Positions 10,151 to 19,377 of a DNA stretch of 64,000 nt are shown piece by piece (positions within the stretch are counted from its first letter, which is position 1; each line of letters begins with the position of its first letter). The position numbers were made by a program, and so were the translations under genes. The DNA is from Obrimoposthia wandeli (lineage: Eukaryota): contig CDROCS010004653.1 of NCBI GenBank assembly GCA_977020255.1, positions 1 through 64,000 of the forward strand, read 5' to 3'. Below the pieces are notes generated by a model. That model worked only from the letters and a program-made list of their open reading frames with translations, was not told where the DNA came from and did no database searches.

Positions 10151-10245
10151 GTTTAAATGTGATTGTGCCGAATAATTAATACTTTATTGGCTTCTAGACG
10201 TTTATAAAATGAAGGTATTATTGGCTTCAACTACTTATTTCAACT

Positions 10246-10273
10246 CATTGCTGTCCGGTTAAAAAGTGTAAGC
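10246..10273 (-). mobile_element. Solitary right end of MITE family 1 or its parent IS
   Basis: CATTGCTGTCCGGTTAAAAAGTGTAAGC is the exact reverse complement of the last 28 bp of the 6257 and 14709 copies; the sequence that follows is unrelated. Confidence 0.8.
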
Positions 10274-10491
10274 GTATGTTCTTTATAAATGTCAATTATG
10301 CGCTATTTCGGGAATTTTATTAATCACAGACTCAAACGAAATGACCGCTTTGTGTTATAACCAGTAATTTTAATAAATATAAATACCACTCGTCCAGCAT
10401 GAAACTCTATTACTTTGTATAATACTTTAATATTTAGAAGAAGGTTTTCTACTCAACGATATTATCATTCACAAAATTTTAAGGAATAACT

Positions 10492-11709
10492 GTGCCAAAG
10501 TCCCACAAAATACTCCAATCGTTAATCGTTTTTGCCTGTTTATTGTTGGTATTGAACTTTGGCTTGCGCTCCTCTATGGGTTTCTTTTTAACTCCCATAT
10601 CTGAAACCTTTGGTTATGGCCGCGAGGTATTTGCATTTTCACTCGCATTACAAAATTTATGTTGGGGTATTTTCCAGCCGATAGCCGGTGCGTTTGCGGA
10701 TAAGTTTGGCACCTTTAAAACGTTAGTTGTAGGCTCGATAGTCTATGCAGCGGGTTTATATTTCACCTCTATTGCCGATTCTGTATTAGGGTTACATACC
10801 GCAGCGGGGCTTTTGATTGGTATGGGTGTTGCCGGCACTGGCTTTGGTGTGGTGCTACCCGCTATGGCTCGGATGGTAAGCGCAGAAAACAGAGCAATGG
10901 CACTCGGTTTGGGCACCGCTGCGGGCTCTGCTGGGCAGTTTTTAGTGATCCCTGCAGCACAAGAGCTAATTGCCAGTTTTGGCTGGCAGTTCACGCTGCT
11001 TATTTTGTCATTTGGCGCACTTTCGATGGTTGCTTTAGCATTGCCTTTTGCGAAAGATAAAGGGGCTCAACAAGTAGTTGAAAACGACGATAATCAAACC
11101 ATGAGTGAAGCATTATCTGAAGCAACCAGCAATGTGCATTATTGGCTGTTAATCGCCGGTTTTTTTGTTTGTGGCTTCCAGTTGGCTTTTATCACTGTAC
11201 ATATGCCCTCTTACTTACACGATAAAGGCTTTGATAGCCAAGTCGCAGTTATCTGCCTATCGTTGATTGGTTTCTTTAATATTATTGGCTGTTTGTTATT
11301 TGGTAGGTGGTCAGGTAAGTATTCAAAAAAGAACTTATTGGGGATTATATATTTTTTCAGAGCAATCGCTATTGCCGCTTTTATGATTTACCCCATCAGC
11401 ATAACTTCTGTGTATATATTCGCTATCGTTACCGGCTTTTTATGGCTGGCAACAGTGCCTGCTACATCCGGTATTGTGGCGCAAATGTTTGGCCTTAAAT
11501 ACATGGGCACCCTTTATGGTGTGGTATTTTTAAATCACCAACTAGGCTCTTTTTTAGGCGTATGGCTTGGCGGTTATCTATACGATGAAACAGGCTCTTA
11601 CGACATCGTATGGTGGAGTGCGGCAACTATTGCACTGATAACAGCTATCATTCATATCTTTATCGATGAACGACCTGTTGCCAGATTAAGACTTAAAACA
11701 GGTTTTTGA
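10492..11709 (+). CDS. MFS transporter
   Basis: 405 aa, about 12 TMs; GAFADKFG, GFFVCGFQLAFITVHMP and HQLGSFLGVWLGG motifs. Confidence 0.9.
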   Translation: MPKSHKILQSLIVFACLLLVLNFGLRSSMGFFLTPISETFGYGREVFAFSLALQNLCWGIFQPIAGAFADKFGTFKTLVVGSIVYAAGLYFTSIADSVLGLHTAAGLLIGMGVAGTGFGVVLPAMARMVSAENRAMALGLGTAAGSAGQFLVIPAAQELIASFGWQFTLLILSFGALSMVALALPFAKDKGAQQVVENDDNQTMSEALSEATSNVHYWLLIAGFFVCGFQLAFITVHMPSYLHDKGFDSQVAVICLSLIGFFNIIGCLLFGRWSGKYSKKNLLGIIYFFRAIAIAAFMIYPISITSVYIFAIVTGFLWLATVPATSGIVAQMFGLKYMGTLYGVVFLNHQLGSFLGVWLGGYLYDETGSYDIVWWSAATIALITAIIHIFIDERPVARLRLKTGF

Positions 11710-11897
11710 TGGCTATTATTTAAATCACCTTTTGTGAACCTGTGATTTCATCAATTTGTACAGCTTTTGACAGCGCGATCAAGCCAATCATCACACGATT
11801 GCTTTTCAGTAACAAAGTTGCTATGCTGTTGCTGAGTGAGGTACTACGCAAACTGCGAGCAAGTGCCGGACATAGTACTAACAACGTTCATTAGTTT

Positions 11898-12678
11898 TAT
11901 CATAGACGGTTACAAAAGGTTTTTGATTTTATTTATCAAAACTTAGATCAACCGCTGGATCTCAAAGCTGAAGTCGCTTGTATGTCGCCTACCATTGGCA
12001 TCGCGTTTATCTATTTACGGTGAATCAATTCTGTGCAAACGTTTAGTCAATTCAGATAACGAGATAAAGCAGATCGCCAAGCACTCTGGTTACAGTGGTG
12101 TGCACGCTTTTAATCGCGTTTTTAACGAACACTATGGCCTTCCACCAGCAAAAATATAGACATGACTTGCAAATTAACAATTCACTTCAAGGAAGCCACA
12201 ACATGTCTAAACATACATCGTTAATATCGATGCACTCTCTTTCATCTGCCAAGCCCATCAAGGAAGCTATATGAATATAGGTAATGCCTTTGAAAAGTTG
12301 TTTGGCTGGGTGGGCATGCAAGGGCTATTCCCACAGTTACGTAAAACGGTTGGCATCTTTTACGATGACCCCGGCAGTGTTGCTGAAGCTGAACTGCGCT
12401 CCCTTGCCTGTATTCAATTACAAGATAACCATCTACCCACGCTCTCTTCTCCTATACAAGTAGTCAGCATCGCAGCGGGGAAGTATGCCGTGCTGCAACA
12501 CAAAGGCCCGTACTCGGATATGCAATCAGCTTACCAATGGCTATATAGTGTGTGGCTGCCTGAATCCGGCTTAGAGCTAGCCGATCTGCCTTGTTTTGAA
12601 GATTATCTAAACAATCCACGCGAAGTAGCTGCAACTGAGTTGTTAACTGGGTTTTATATTATGCAATACTGGCATTAA
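11898..12678 (+). pseudogene. Degraded AraC-family regulator with C-terminal GyrI-like effector domain
   Basis: Frameshifted fragments YHRRLQKVFDFIYQNLDQPLDL / AEVACMSP / HWHRVY / IYGESI and QIAKHSGYSGVHAFNRVFNEHYGLPPAK (AraC HTH), then the GyrI-like ORF 12271-12678 (GKYAVLQHKGPY...FEDYLNNP). Confidence 0.8.
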
Positions 12679-12691
12679 TAATCGCGCTTTC

Positions 12692-12743
12692 AGTTCAACT
12701 TCAATTCGGTCATTAAATTACGCAACTGAATTCAAGTTGAACT
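12692..12743. repeat. 19-bp imperfect inverted repeat
   Basis: AGTTCAACTTCAATTCGGT ... ACTGAATTCAAGTTGAACT (17/19 match) with a 14-nt spacer. Confidence 0.6.
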
Positions 12744-12821
12744 ATATCTCACATTTCAATTCACCTAGAATAACCACTATCACTTTCACCATTCTTTCAT
12801 TTGAAAAAACTTGGAGTTTTA

Positions 12822-13322
12822 ATGGGCGCACAAAAACAATTATTCGGCCGCTTCGTAAAAGACTTACCTAATGGCGAGTTATGCTGGATAGGCCTGCGCC
12901 CAGCGCGCAAAGAGGACATGCACATTGTTGATCAAGTCTCTGCATTACAAGAGCTTGGTTTAAGCGGTGATCATCGATGTGAAAAAACACCGGGCTCCGG
13001 CAGGCAAGTCACTATTATTTCAAAAGAATATATTGCTCAAATTGCTCATTTCACGGGTAGGGAATCGATAGACCCAGCTATTTTAAGGCGCAATTTAGTC
13101 GTCTCAGGACTTAATTTAACCGCCCTCAGACATCAGCAATTCACCATCGGTAACGCACTATTTGAAACCACCGCTCTGTGCCATCCTTGCTCACGCATGG
13201 AACGTGCTTTAGGCAAAGGCACTACTGCAGCAATGTTGGGTCATGGTGGGTTGTGCGCAAAAATTTTACGCAGTGGTGACATTAAAATTGGTGATGCGGT
13301 GATACCTGTCATTCCTGAATAA
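12822..13322 (+). CDS. MOSC domain protein
   Basis: GLSGDH, RQVTII, LRRNLVVSG, CHPCSRME and GHGGLCAKIL motifs; ATG at 12822 follows a GGAG RBS (ORF track starts at TTG 12801). Confidence 0.9.
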   Translation: MGAQKQLFGRFVKDLPNGELCWIGLRPARKEDMHIVDQVSALQELGLSGDHRCEKTPGSGRQVTIISKEYIAQIAHFTGRESIDPAILRRNLVVSGLNLTALRHQQFTIGNALFETTALCHPCSRMERALGKGTTAAMLGHGGLCAKILRSGDIKIGDAVIPVIPE

Positions 13323-13333
13323 ACCGACTAGAC

Positions 13334-13469
13334 CTCAGCATAATTTACCCAAAGTGCAGGATAACTGCGCTAATAATAGCGAGTTAAAAATATTTCGAGT
13401 CAGCTAAAACAGCTGTCTAAATCTGCAGCGTCGACCTTATCTCATTATCGCTCGATATATTATGCTGAG
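13334..13469. repeat. 136-bp segment bounded by 11-bp perfect inverted repeats
   Basis: CTCAGCATAAT ... ATTATGCTGAG between convergent genes; single copy in the window. Confidence 0.4.
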
Positions 13470-13493
13470 ACTTTCAATAACCCTTAAACTGTT

Positions 13494-14435
13494 TTAAGTT
13501 AGCTCTGGCGTTTCTATCAAGAATTTTTTTACTTGTTGGCGAAACCAAAGATGACTTGCTCGAGCTTTATTTAACTTATGCCAATAAAGTTTTACTTGGT
13601 ATTCAGGTAAAGGAAGTGGCGGTTGGAAAATAACAAAGCCAGCTTGCTCGCCATGATGCTTTTGCATCAGCTTCGCCATACGATAAGGCATAGTTAGCAA
13701 AGCATCTGTTTTTATCACAACCTGCGGTGCAACTAAAACGCTCGGTAATTGCAGCACCACATTACGCTGCATTTTTTGCGCTTGCAAAGCTTTATCAACC
13801 ACTCCTAAGGCCTCTCCCCACGGGCTAACTCTAATATGAGGTAGCTGCAAAAAGTTCTCTAAATCCAAACCTTGGCTCAGTGCTGGATGATTCCTTCTAG
13901 CGATGGTGCAATAACTATCGCTAAAAAGCGTTAAGCATTCAATATTAGCCATTGGCTGTGAGCTATGCTCAAACCCAAGCGCAAAATCAATCGCCTGCTC
14001 TACCATTTGCGATTGTGGAGTACTTTGCTCGCTAGGTAATAGATTAATTGAAATATTCCCCGAGTATAGATATTCATTCAGCCCCGCCAGTAACTTGGGT
14101 AATAAACAATACTCCGTATAATCTGTACCAACCAAACTGAATTGTTCACTGTCATTAGCGGCGTCAAAGTTAATTGGATTCTGTATCGCTTGTTTTATCA
14201 ACAGCAAAGCGTCGCTGACTTGAGTGTTCATTTGCTCCGCCCTTAAAGTCGGCTGCATCTTCTGCCCTAATCTAACAAATAGCGGATCCTGGAGGCGAGT
14301 TCGCAACCTTGCTAGAGAATGGCTGAATGCCGATTGGCTAATATGCAGAGATTGTGCGGCGCGACTAACAGATCGCAACTGATATAAAGCATCAAAAACC
14401 AATAATAAATTTAAATCTATTTGCTGTAAATTCAT
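13494..14435 (-). CDS. LysR-family regulator (NodD/LeuO-like)
   Basis: MNLQQIDLNLLLVFDAL...SVSRAAQSLHISQSAFSHSLARLR HTH; probable start at 14435 (ORF track extends to 14519). Confidence 0.92.
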   Translation of the reverse strand: MNLQQIDLNLLLVFDALYQLRSVSRAAQSLHISQSAFSHSLARLRTRLQDPLFVRLGQKMQPTLRAEQMNTQVSDALLLIKQAIQNPINFDAANDSEQFSLVGTDYTEYCLLPKLLAGLNEYLYSGNISINLLPSEQSTPQSQMVEQAIDFALGFEHSSQPMANIECLTLFSDSYCTIARRNHPALSQGLDLENFLQLPHIRVSPWGEALGVVDKALQAQKMQRNVVLQLPSVLVAPQVVIKTDALLTMPYRMAKLMQKHHGEQAGFVIFQPPLPLPEYQVKLYWHKLNKARASHLWFRQQVKKFLIETPELT

Positions 14436-14708
14436 CACAATACTCGAAATTAGATAACTGATAATTAATTTTTCATAGAAGCTATTTGCTTCAAAAAGCT
14501 GCTGGTATAAACAGGTCATTTATAAGATAGGGCAGCTCTTAATCATTAATATAATTTACATTAGTTAACTGTAGTTGTCGCACGATTATAGCAGTTTAAG
14601 GCGCCTCAATTGGCGGTAGGTTAGTAGCTATTAGGTTGCATGTTGATACAGGCAAAGAACTGTTAAATTAAAACGAGACTTACTCAAAGGGAGCTATTTA
14701 ACTGAGTT

Positions 14709-14860
14709 CATTAGTGTCCGGTTTAATTTTTGTTGTTCTGTAACTCATTGATTTCACGTTCAACACAAGTATTATTTGGCTAAAAAAATCCAATTACCTT
14801 TGTTAGAAAACCACAAATCAATGGGTTAGAGAGCTTACACTTTTTAACCGGACAGCAATG
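14709..14860 (+). mobile_element. MITE family 1 copy
   Basis: 152 bp; perfect 9-bp target duplication AACTGAGTT (14700-14708 and 14861-14869). Confidence 0.95.
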
Positions 14861-14955
14861 AACTGAGTTATAAATAGCTCTAAAAAATTACAGTAATCTC
14901 CCTTTTATTCTGTTTTAATAGCACTCTTCAGATTTAGCGATACAAGGTAAAAAAA

Positions 14956-15306
14956 ATGGCTTACGAACTAACCGGAAAGGTTAAGTTAATTCAGGACCCA
15001 CAGAGCTTTAACAGCGGTTTTACTAAACGTGAAATGGTGGTAACGGTAGAAGAAGGTAAATACCCACAAGATATCAATGTCGAATTTGTACAAGATAAAG
15101 TGAGCTTACTAGATGCGGTACAAGTAGGCGAACAGATTACTGTTACTTTTGATATCCGTGGTCGTGAATATAACGGTCGCTACTTCAACAATTTAGTTGG
15201 TTGGAAAGTACAAAGTGGTAGCGCATCAGCCGCTGATCCATACGATCAAACACCAATGTATGATACAAGCGCACCTACTGACTACGATGATGAAGTACCT
15301 TTCTAA
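14956..15306 (+). CDS. DUF3127-like OB-fold protein with an SSB-type acidic C-terminal tail
   Basis: FTKRExVVT...YPQ.I..EF.QDK and DIRGREYNGRYFN patterns; ends DYDDEVPF. Confidence 0.8.
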   Translation: MAYELTGKVKLIQDPQSFNSGFTKREMVVTVEEGKYPQDINVEFVQDKVSLLDAVQVGEQITVTFDIRGREYNGRYFNNLVGWKVQSGSASAADPYDQTPMYDTSAPTDYDDEVPF

Positions 15307-15316
15307 TCGACATAAT

Positions 15317-15340
15317 CAGGGTAGGTTTATATCTGCCCTG
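15317..15340 (+). terminator. Hairpin downstream of the DUF3127-like gene
   Basis: CAGGGTAG / CTGCCCTG stem; weak U-tract. Confidence 0.4.
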
Positions 15341-15499
15341 GTTAAATTATATTAAAAATATGTATCCCCAATGTAAATTTCTAGTGAAACCGCTTCTATA
15401 GAAACTGGCACTCAATTAATTATTCAGTCTCTGGATTTTTAAACTGCTAACGTCTAAACATCTCAATTCCAGCTTTGTAATATCAGCATTTAACAAAGG

Positions 15500-15895
15500 T
15501 TAATCTTGCGTGTTTTGTGTATGAGCCTGGTTAAATACTTCGCCCCATTCACATAGTTGATCTAATACCGGCGTTAGTTTATTTGCTAACTCAGTGGGTG
15601 AATACTCTACTTTAGGCGGAACCTGCGCATAAACTTTGCGTATAACTAACCTATCTCTCTCTAGCTCTCGCAATTGCTGCGTTAACATCTTTTGTGTAAT
15701 CTTAGGAATCATCCGTTTGAGCTCGCCAAATCTCAAGGTTTGTCCGCGCAGTTGGTAGAGTATAATTACTTTCCACTTTCCTCCAATAACCGTAATAGCA
15801 GTAATGACTGGGCAAACGGTTAAATCGACGGCTGTTTTATTTTCCGTATTTTTTGTTAATTTTTTTTCTACTGCTGAGACCTCTAAATTAGCCAT
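15500..15895 (-). CDS. HxlR-family winged-helix regulator
   Basis: CPV...IGGKWKVIIL, LRFGEL, ITQKMLTQQLRELE and VPPKVEYS motifs; divergent from GST-OYE. Confidence 0.93.
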   Translation of the reverse strand: MANLEVSAVEKKLTKNTENKTAVDLTVCPVITAITVIGGKWKVIILYQLRGQTLRFGELKRMIPKITQKMLTQQLRELERDRLVIRKVYAQVPPKVEYSPTELANKLTPVLDQLCEWGEVFNQAHTQNTQD

Positions 15896-16033
15896 TAGGC
15901 ACCTCTTTGTAACTATGTTTCTAAATTGTACGTACTTGTTTTATGACAGCTTCGATCCTATTGTATAAAAAGTATACTATGTATCCATAAGAAACTAAAG
16001 ATACTTTTACCCTGTAAGAAATAAGGAGCTGCC

Positions 16034-16729
16034 ATGTCATTTCAATCAAAAAAACCGCAACTAATAGCACTGCAACCAATAGAACTAATTAGTTTCAATT
16101 TGTGTCCCTTCGTGCAGCGCTCAGTCATCACTTTGTTGAACAAAGGAATCGAATTTAAAATCACCTATATCGAACTTGCTGATAAACCCGATTGGTTCTT
16201 AAAAATATCACCTATGGGAAAAGTACCTGTACTGCGATATGGGGATGAAGTGCTATTTGAATCGGCAGCGATCAATGAGTTTATCGATGAAATAACGCCT
16301 AACTCGCTGATGCCAACCAGCCCCTTACTAAAAGCTAAAGATAGGAGCTGGATTGAATATGCCAGCCAAATTATTATGGATCAATACATGCTCAGTGTTG
16401 CCAATAGTAAGGAAGACTACCAGTCTAGGCATGACACTTTTCAAGCAAGGTTACAAAAACTGGAGCAACAATTAACTGGCAATCGTTTTTTTAATAGTGA
16501 CTACTTTAGCTTAGTAGATGCCGCTATTGCTCCCGTGTTTATCCGTTTAGAGATAATAGCCCGCCGCTTGAATAAAAACTTAATGGCCGATTTTCCCGGC
16601 TTAAGCAAACTGGCTGCTACCTATTTAGCGCAAACATATGTAGCAAAATCAGTTATCGATGATTTCGAGCAAGTTTATTTAGATTTTTTAAGTAAAAACA
16701 ACAGTGTATTAGCCGCTTATAACGGCTAA
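16034..16729 (+). CDS. Glutathione S-transferase family protein
   Basis: CPFVQR active site, SPMGKVPVL, FESAAINEFIDE and FSLVDAAIAP motifs. Confidence 0.9.
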   Translation: MSFQSKKPQLIALQPIELISFNLCPFVQRSVITLLNKGIEFKITYIELADKPDWFLKISPMGKVPVLRYGDEVLFESAAINEFIDEITPNSLMPTSPLLKAKDRSWIEYASQIIMDQYMLSVANSKEDYQSRHDTFQARLQKLEQQLTGNRFFNSDYFSLVDAAIAPVFIRLEIIARRLNKNLMADFPGLSKLAATYLAQTYVAKSVIDDFEQVYLDFLSKNNSVLAAYNG

Positions 16730-16744
16730 TTACAGGAGATTCCC

Positions 16745-17839
16745 ATGTCAAACCAAAAACTTTTCAGCCAAGCACCACTAGGCCACTATACCTTAGATCA
16801 TCGTATTGTTATGGCACCGTTAACCCGCTCTCGCTCTGCACAGCCAGGCGATATTCCTCAATCAATAAATGTTGACTATTATGCCCAAAGAGCCTCAGCT
16901 GCGCTGATTATCACTGAAGCAACCCAAATTTCGCCTCAGGGGAAAGGTTATGCTTTTACACCGGGAATATATTCACCAGCGCAAATTGAAGGCTGGCGTA
17001 AGGTGACACAAGCAGTACATGAAAAAGGCTCTAAGATATTTTTACAGTTGTGGCACGTGGGCCGTGTATCTCACTCTAAAATACAACTCGATGACGCACT
17101 ACCGGTAGCACCCTCTGCGATAGCAGTTGAAGGACAGGCATTTACAGAGGAAGGGATGCTAGATTTTGAAACACCGCGCGCCTTAGCCAACGATGAAATG
17201 GCAGGTATTGTTGAACAGTTTAAACAAGGCGCTATCAATGCTTTAGCAGCAGGTTTCGATGGTGTAGAAATTCATGCAGCCAATGGTTATTTGCTTGATC
17301 AATTTTTAAAAGATGGCAGTAATCAGCGCAGTGATAATTATGGAGGGAGTATTGAGAACAGAGTGCGTTTAACACTACAAGTGACCCAAGCCGTTACCGA
17401 TATATTTGGTAGTGACAAAGTAGGTATTCGCATTTCACCAACTGGCACCGTTAATTCAATGTCTGAAAGCGACCCTCAATCATTATTTAATCATCTAATA
17501 ACGGAGCTTAATCAATTCAATCTGGCGTATTTACATGTCGTTGAACAATTTGCAGGGGCTAGCAGTGACACCTTCGATTTTGCGGCTCTACGCAGCACGT
17601 TCAATGGTGCCTATGTTGCAAATGGCGGTTATACCAAAGAGCGTGCAGAGCAAAGTTTACAGCAGAACAATACTGACTTTATCGCGTTTGGCATGCCCTA
17701 TATTGCCAACCCTGATTTAGTTGAAAGGCTACAGCAAAACGCAGCTCTTAATGAGGTTGATCAAGCAACTTTGTACGGGGGTGATAACAGAGGCTACACA
17801 GACTATCCAAGCCTAGAGCAAGAATTAGAATCTGCTTAA
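16745..17839 (+). CDS. Old yellow enzyme / alkene reductase (NemA-like)
   Basis: MAPLTRSR, QLWHVGR, GFDGVEIHAANGYLLDQF and RSDNYGGSIENR motifs. Confidence 0.95.
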   Translation: MSNQKLFSQAPLGHYTLDHRIVMAPLTRSRSAQPGDIPQSINVDYYAQRASAALIITEATQISPQGKGYAFTPGIYSPAQIEGWRKVTQAVHEKGSKIFLQLWHVGRVSHSKIQLDDALPVAPSAIAVEGQAFTEEGMLDFETPRALANDEMAGIVEQFKQGAINALAAGFDGVEIHAANGYLLDQFLKDGSNQRSDNYGGSIENRVRLTLQVTQAVTDIFGSDKVGIRISPTGTVNSMSESDPQSLFNHLITELNQFNLAYLHVVEQFAGASSDTFDFAALRSTFNGAYVANGGYTKERAEQSLQQNNTDFIAFGMPYIANPDLVERLQQNAALNEVDQATLYGGDNRGYTDYPSLEQELESA

Positions 17840-17843
17840 GTAG

Positions 17844-18000
17844 TGCCCATCCAGAAACGGATGCCTACTGCGAACGCCTCACTAACTCAATCTACTTACT
17901 ACAAGATCTAGTTATTTGGAATAACCAAACGCCTATGTCTAGTAGTACGTATCTTGAGTCATTGAAACGCTCTCGCGACGACCCCGTTTCAGGATGAGCA
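17844..18000 (-). mobile_element. MITE/hairpin repeat family 2, copy B
   Basis: 157 bp; terminal IR TGCCCATCCAGAAACGG / CCGTTTCAGGATGAGCA; flanks TTAAGTAG / CTAACTAG; the left flank contains the OYE stop codon. Confidence 0.88.
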
Positions 18001-18172
18001 CTAACTAGTAGCTGAGGTCCCAAGTTAAAAATATACTTAGCAACACTCATTGAGCGCTGATAATACATTTATGAATTTGATGCATTTAGCAATGCTTAAA
18101 ATGCATTATGTTCATGCTGATTTTATCTTTATAATAGCCAAAAACGTATATGAAACTAATAGGAAACTCATC

Positions 18173-18694
18173 ATGACTGTTAACGCACGCCCTGATAGCA
18201 ATAAGACCGACACTAACGCTGTCACTGTAAGAGAGGCCACTGTAGAAGATGCAGCTATTCTTTTTCAATTCATTAAAGAACTCGCTGTTTATGAAAAAGC
18301 ACTTGATCAAGTTGAGGCTACAGAGCAAAGCATCGCTAGTAGTTTGTTTGCTCAAGACAGTAATAGTTACGCACTCATTTGTGAACACCAAGGCCAAGTG
18401 ATTGGCTCGGCTATTTACTTTTTTAATTACTCCACTTGGCAGGCAAAAGCGGGGCTCTATTTAGAAGACCTGTATGTTACTCCGCAAGCGCGAGGTTTGG
18501 GTGGTGGCACAGCTCTATTAAAGGCAATGGCGAATATTGCCCTAGAAAAAGATTGTGGTCGTTTTGAATGGAGTTGCTTAGATTGGAACACACCCTCTAG
18601 AGATTTTTATGCAGCTATTGGCGCTGAAGATCAACCAGAGTGGGTACGCTATCGCATGAATGATAAACAGATGCAGCAGTTTATTGCTAGTTAG
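18173..18694 (+). CDS. GNAT N-acetyltransferase (diamine/SSAT-like)
   Basis: IKELAVYEK, YSTWQAKAGLYLEDLYV..RGLGGG and LDWNTPSRDFY motifs; probable start 18173 (ORF track 18050). Confidence 0.88.
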   Translation: MTVNARPDSNKTDTNAVTVREATVEDAAILFQFIKELAVYEKALDQVEATEQSIASSLFAQDSNSYALICEHQGQVIGSAIYFFNYSTWQAKAGLYLEDLYVTPQARGLGGGTALLKAMANIALEKDCGRFEWSCLDWNTPSRDFYAAIGAEDQPEWVRYRMNDKQMQQFIAS

Positions 18695-18852
18695 TTACAC
18701 TCAAGCCCTATAAAGTCCCTAAACCAGAAGTATCATTGACCCAGCGAGCGAAGTAATTGAAGGACGATCTCTTATTCCAAAATTAACCAGCGCTTATGGC
18801 TTAGCCTGATATTGGAATATAATTCATCATTTCTAAATGTTTAGAATTATTT

Positions 18853-19377
18853 CTAGTATTGTGGGTCATCTTCTATAAACGGAGTGATATGTGAGATTAT
18901 TTTATCAATATCTAAAAAGATAATCATATTATCATTATTAAAAGCCACTCCTTTTACAAAGCCACTTTTTGCATCGCCATCCGATACCCTTGGAGCGATT
19001 TCGATACTTTTTGTCAGAATATTTACCACTTCATCAACACTATCAACAATAAAGCCTACTATTTCTTCTTTGTTGAATTCAACCAGAATAATATTAGTAC
19101 TACTATCAGGTGTTTTTTCGGGTAAGGCAAACATTATTCGAGCATCTATAACGGTGATTACCTTGCCTCTTAAATTGATGAGGCCACATACATAATCATC
19201 TGATCCGGGTACAGGTGTGATTTCGCTATACTTCTGTACTTCTATAACTTGCAAAGCATCTACAGCAAATAGTTCGCCATTAATTTTAAATGTAACCCAT
19301 TGCTTAAACTCAGTATCTTTGTCAATAGTACGAGATTTAATCGAAGTATTAGGCTTTTCTTTCATTTCATGCTCCAC
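18853..19377 (-). CDS. cheW: CheW chemotaxis coupling protein (isolated)
   Basis: QWVTF, ITPVPGS, GLINLRGKVITVID and GFIVDSVDEV motifs. Confidence 0.92.
   Translation of the reverse strand: MEHEMKEKPNTSIKSRTIDKDTEFKQWVTFKINGELFAVDALQVIEVQKYSEITPVPGSDDYVCGLINLRGKVITVIDARIMFALPEKTPDSSTNIILVEFNKEEIVGFIVDSVDEVVNILTKSIEIAPRVSDGDAKSGFVKGVAFNNDNMIIFLDIDKIISHITPFIEDDPQY

Noticed and set aside
1419-14860. Family 1 repeats as a CRISPR array or integron attC array
   Set aside because: Spacing is irregular (92 bp to about 7 kb), repeats are about 153 bp with TIRs and individual 9-bp duplications, and no cas or intI gene is present
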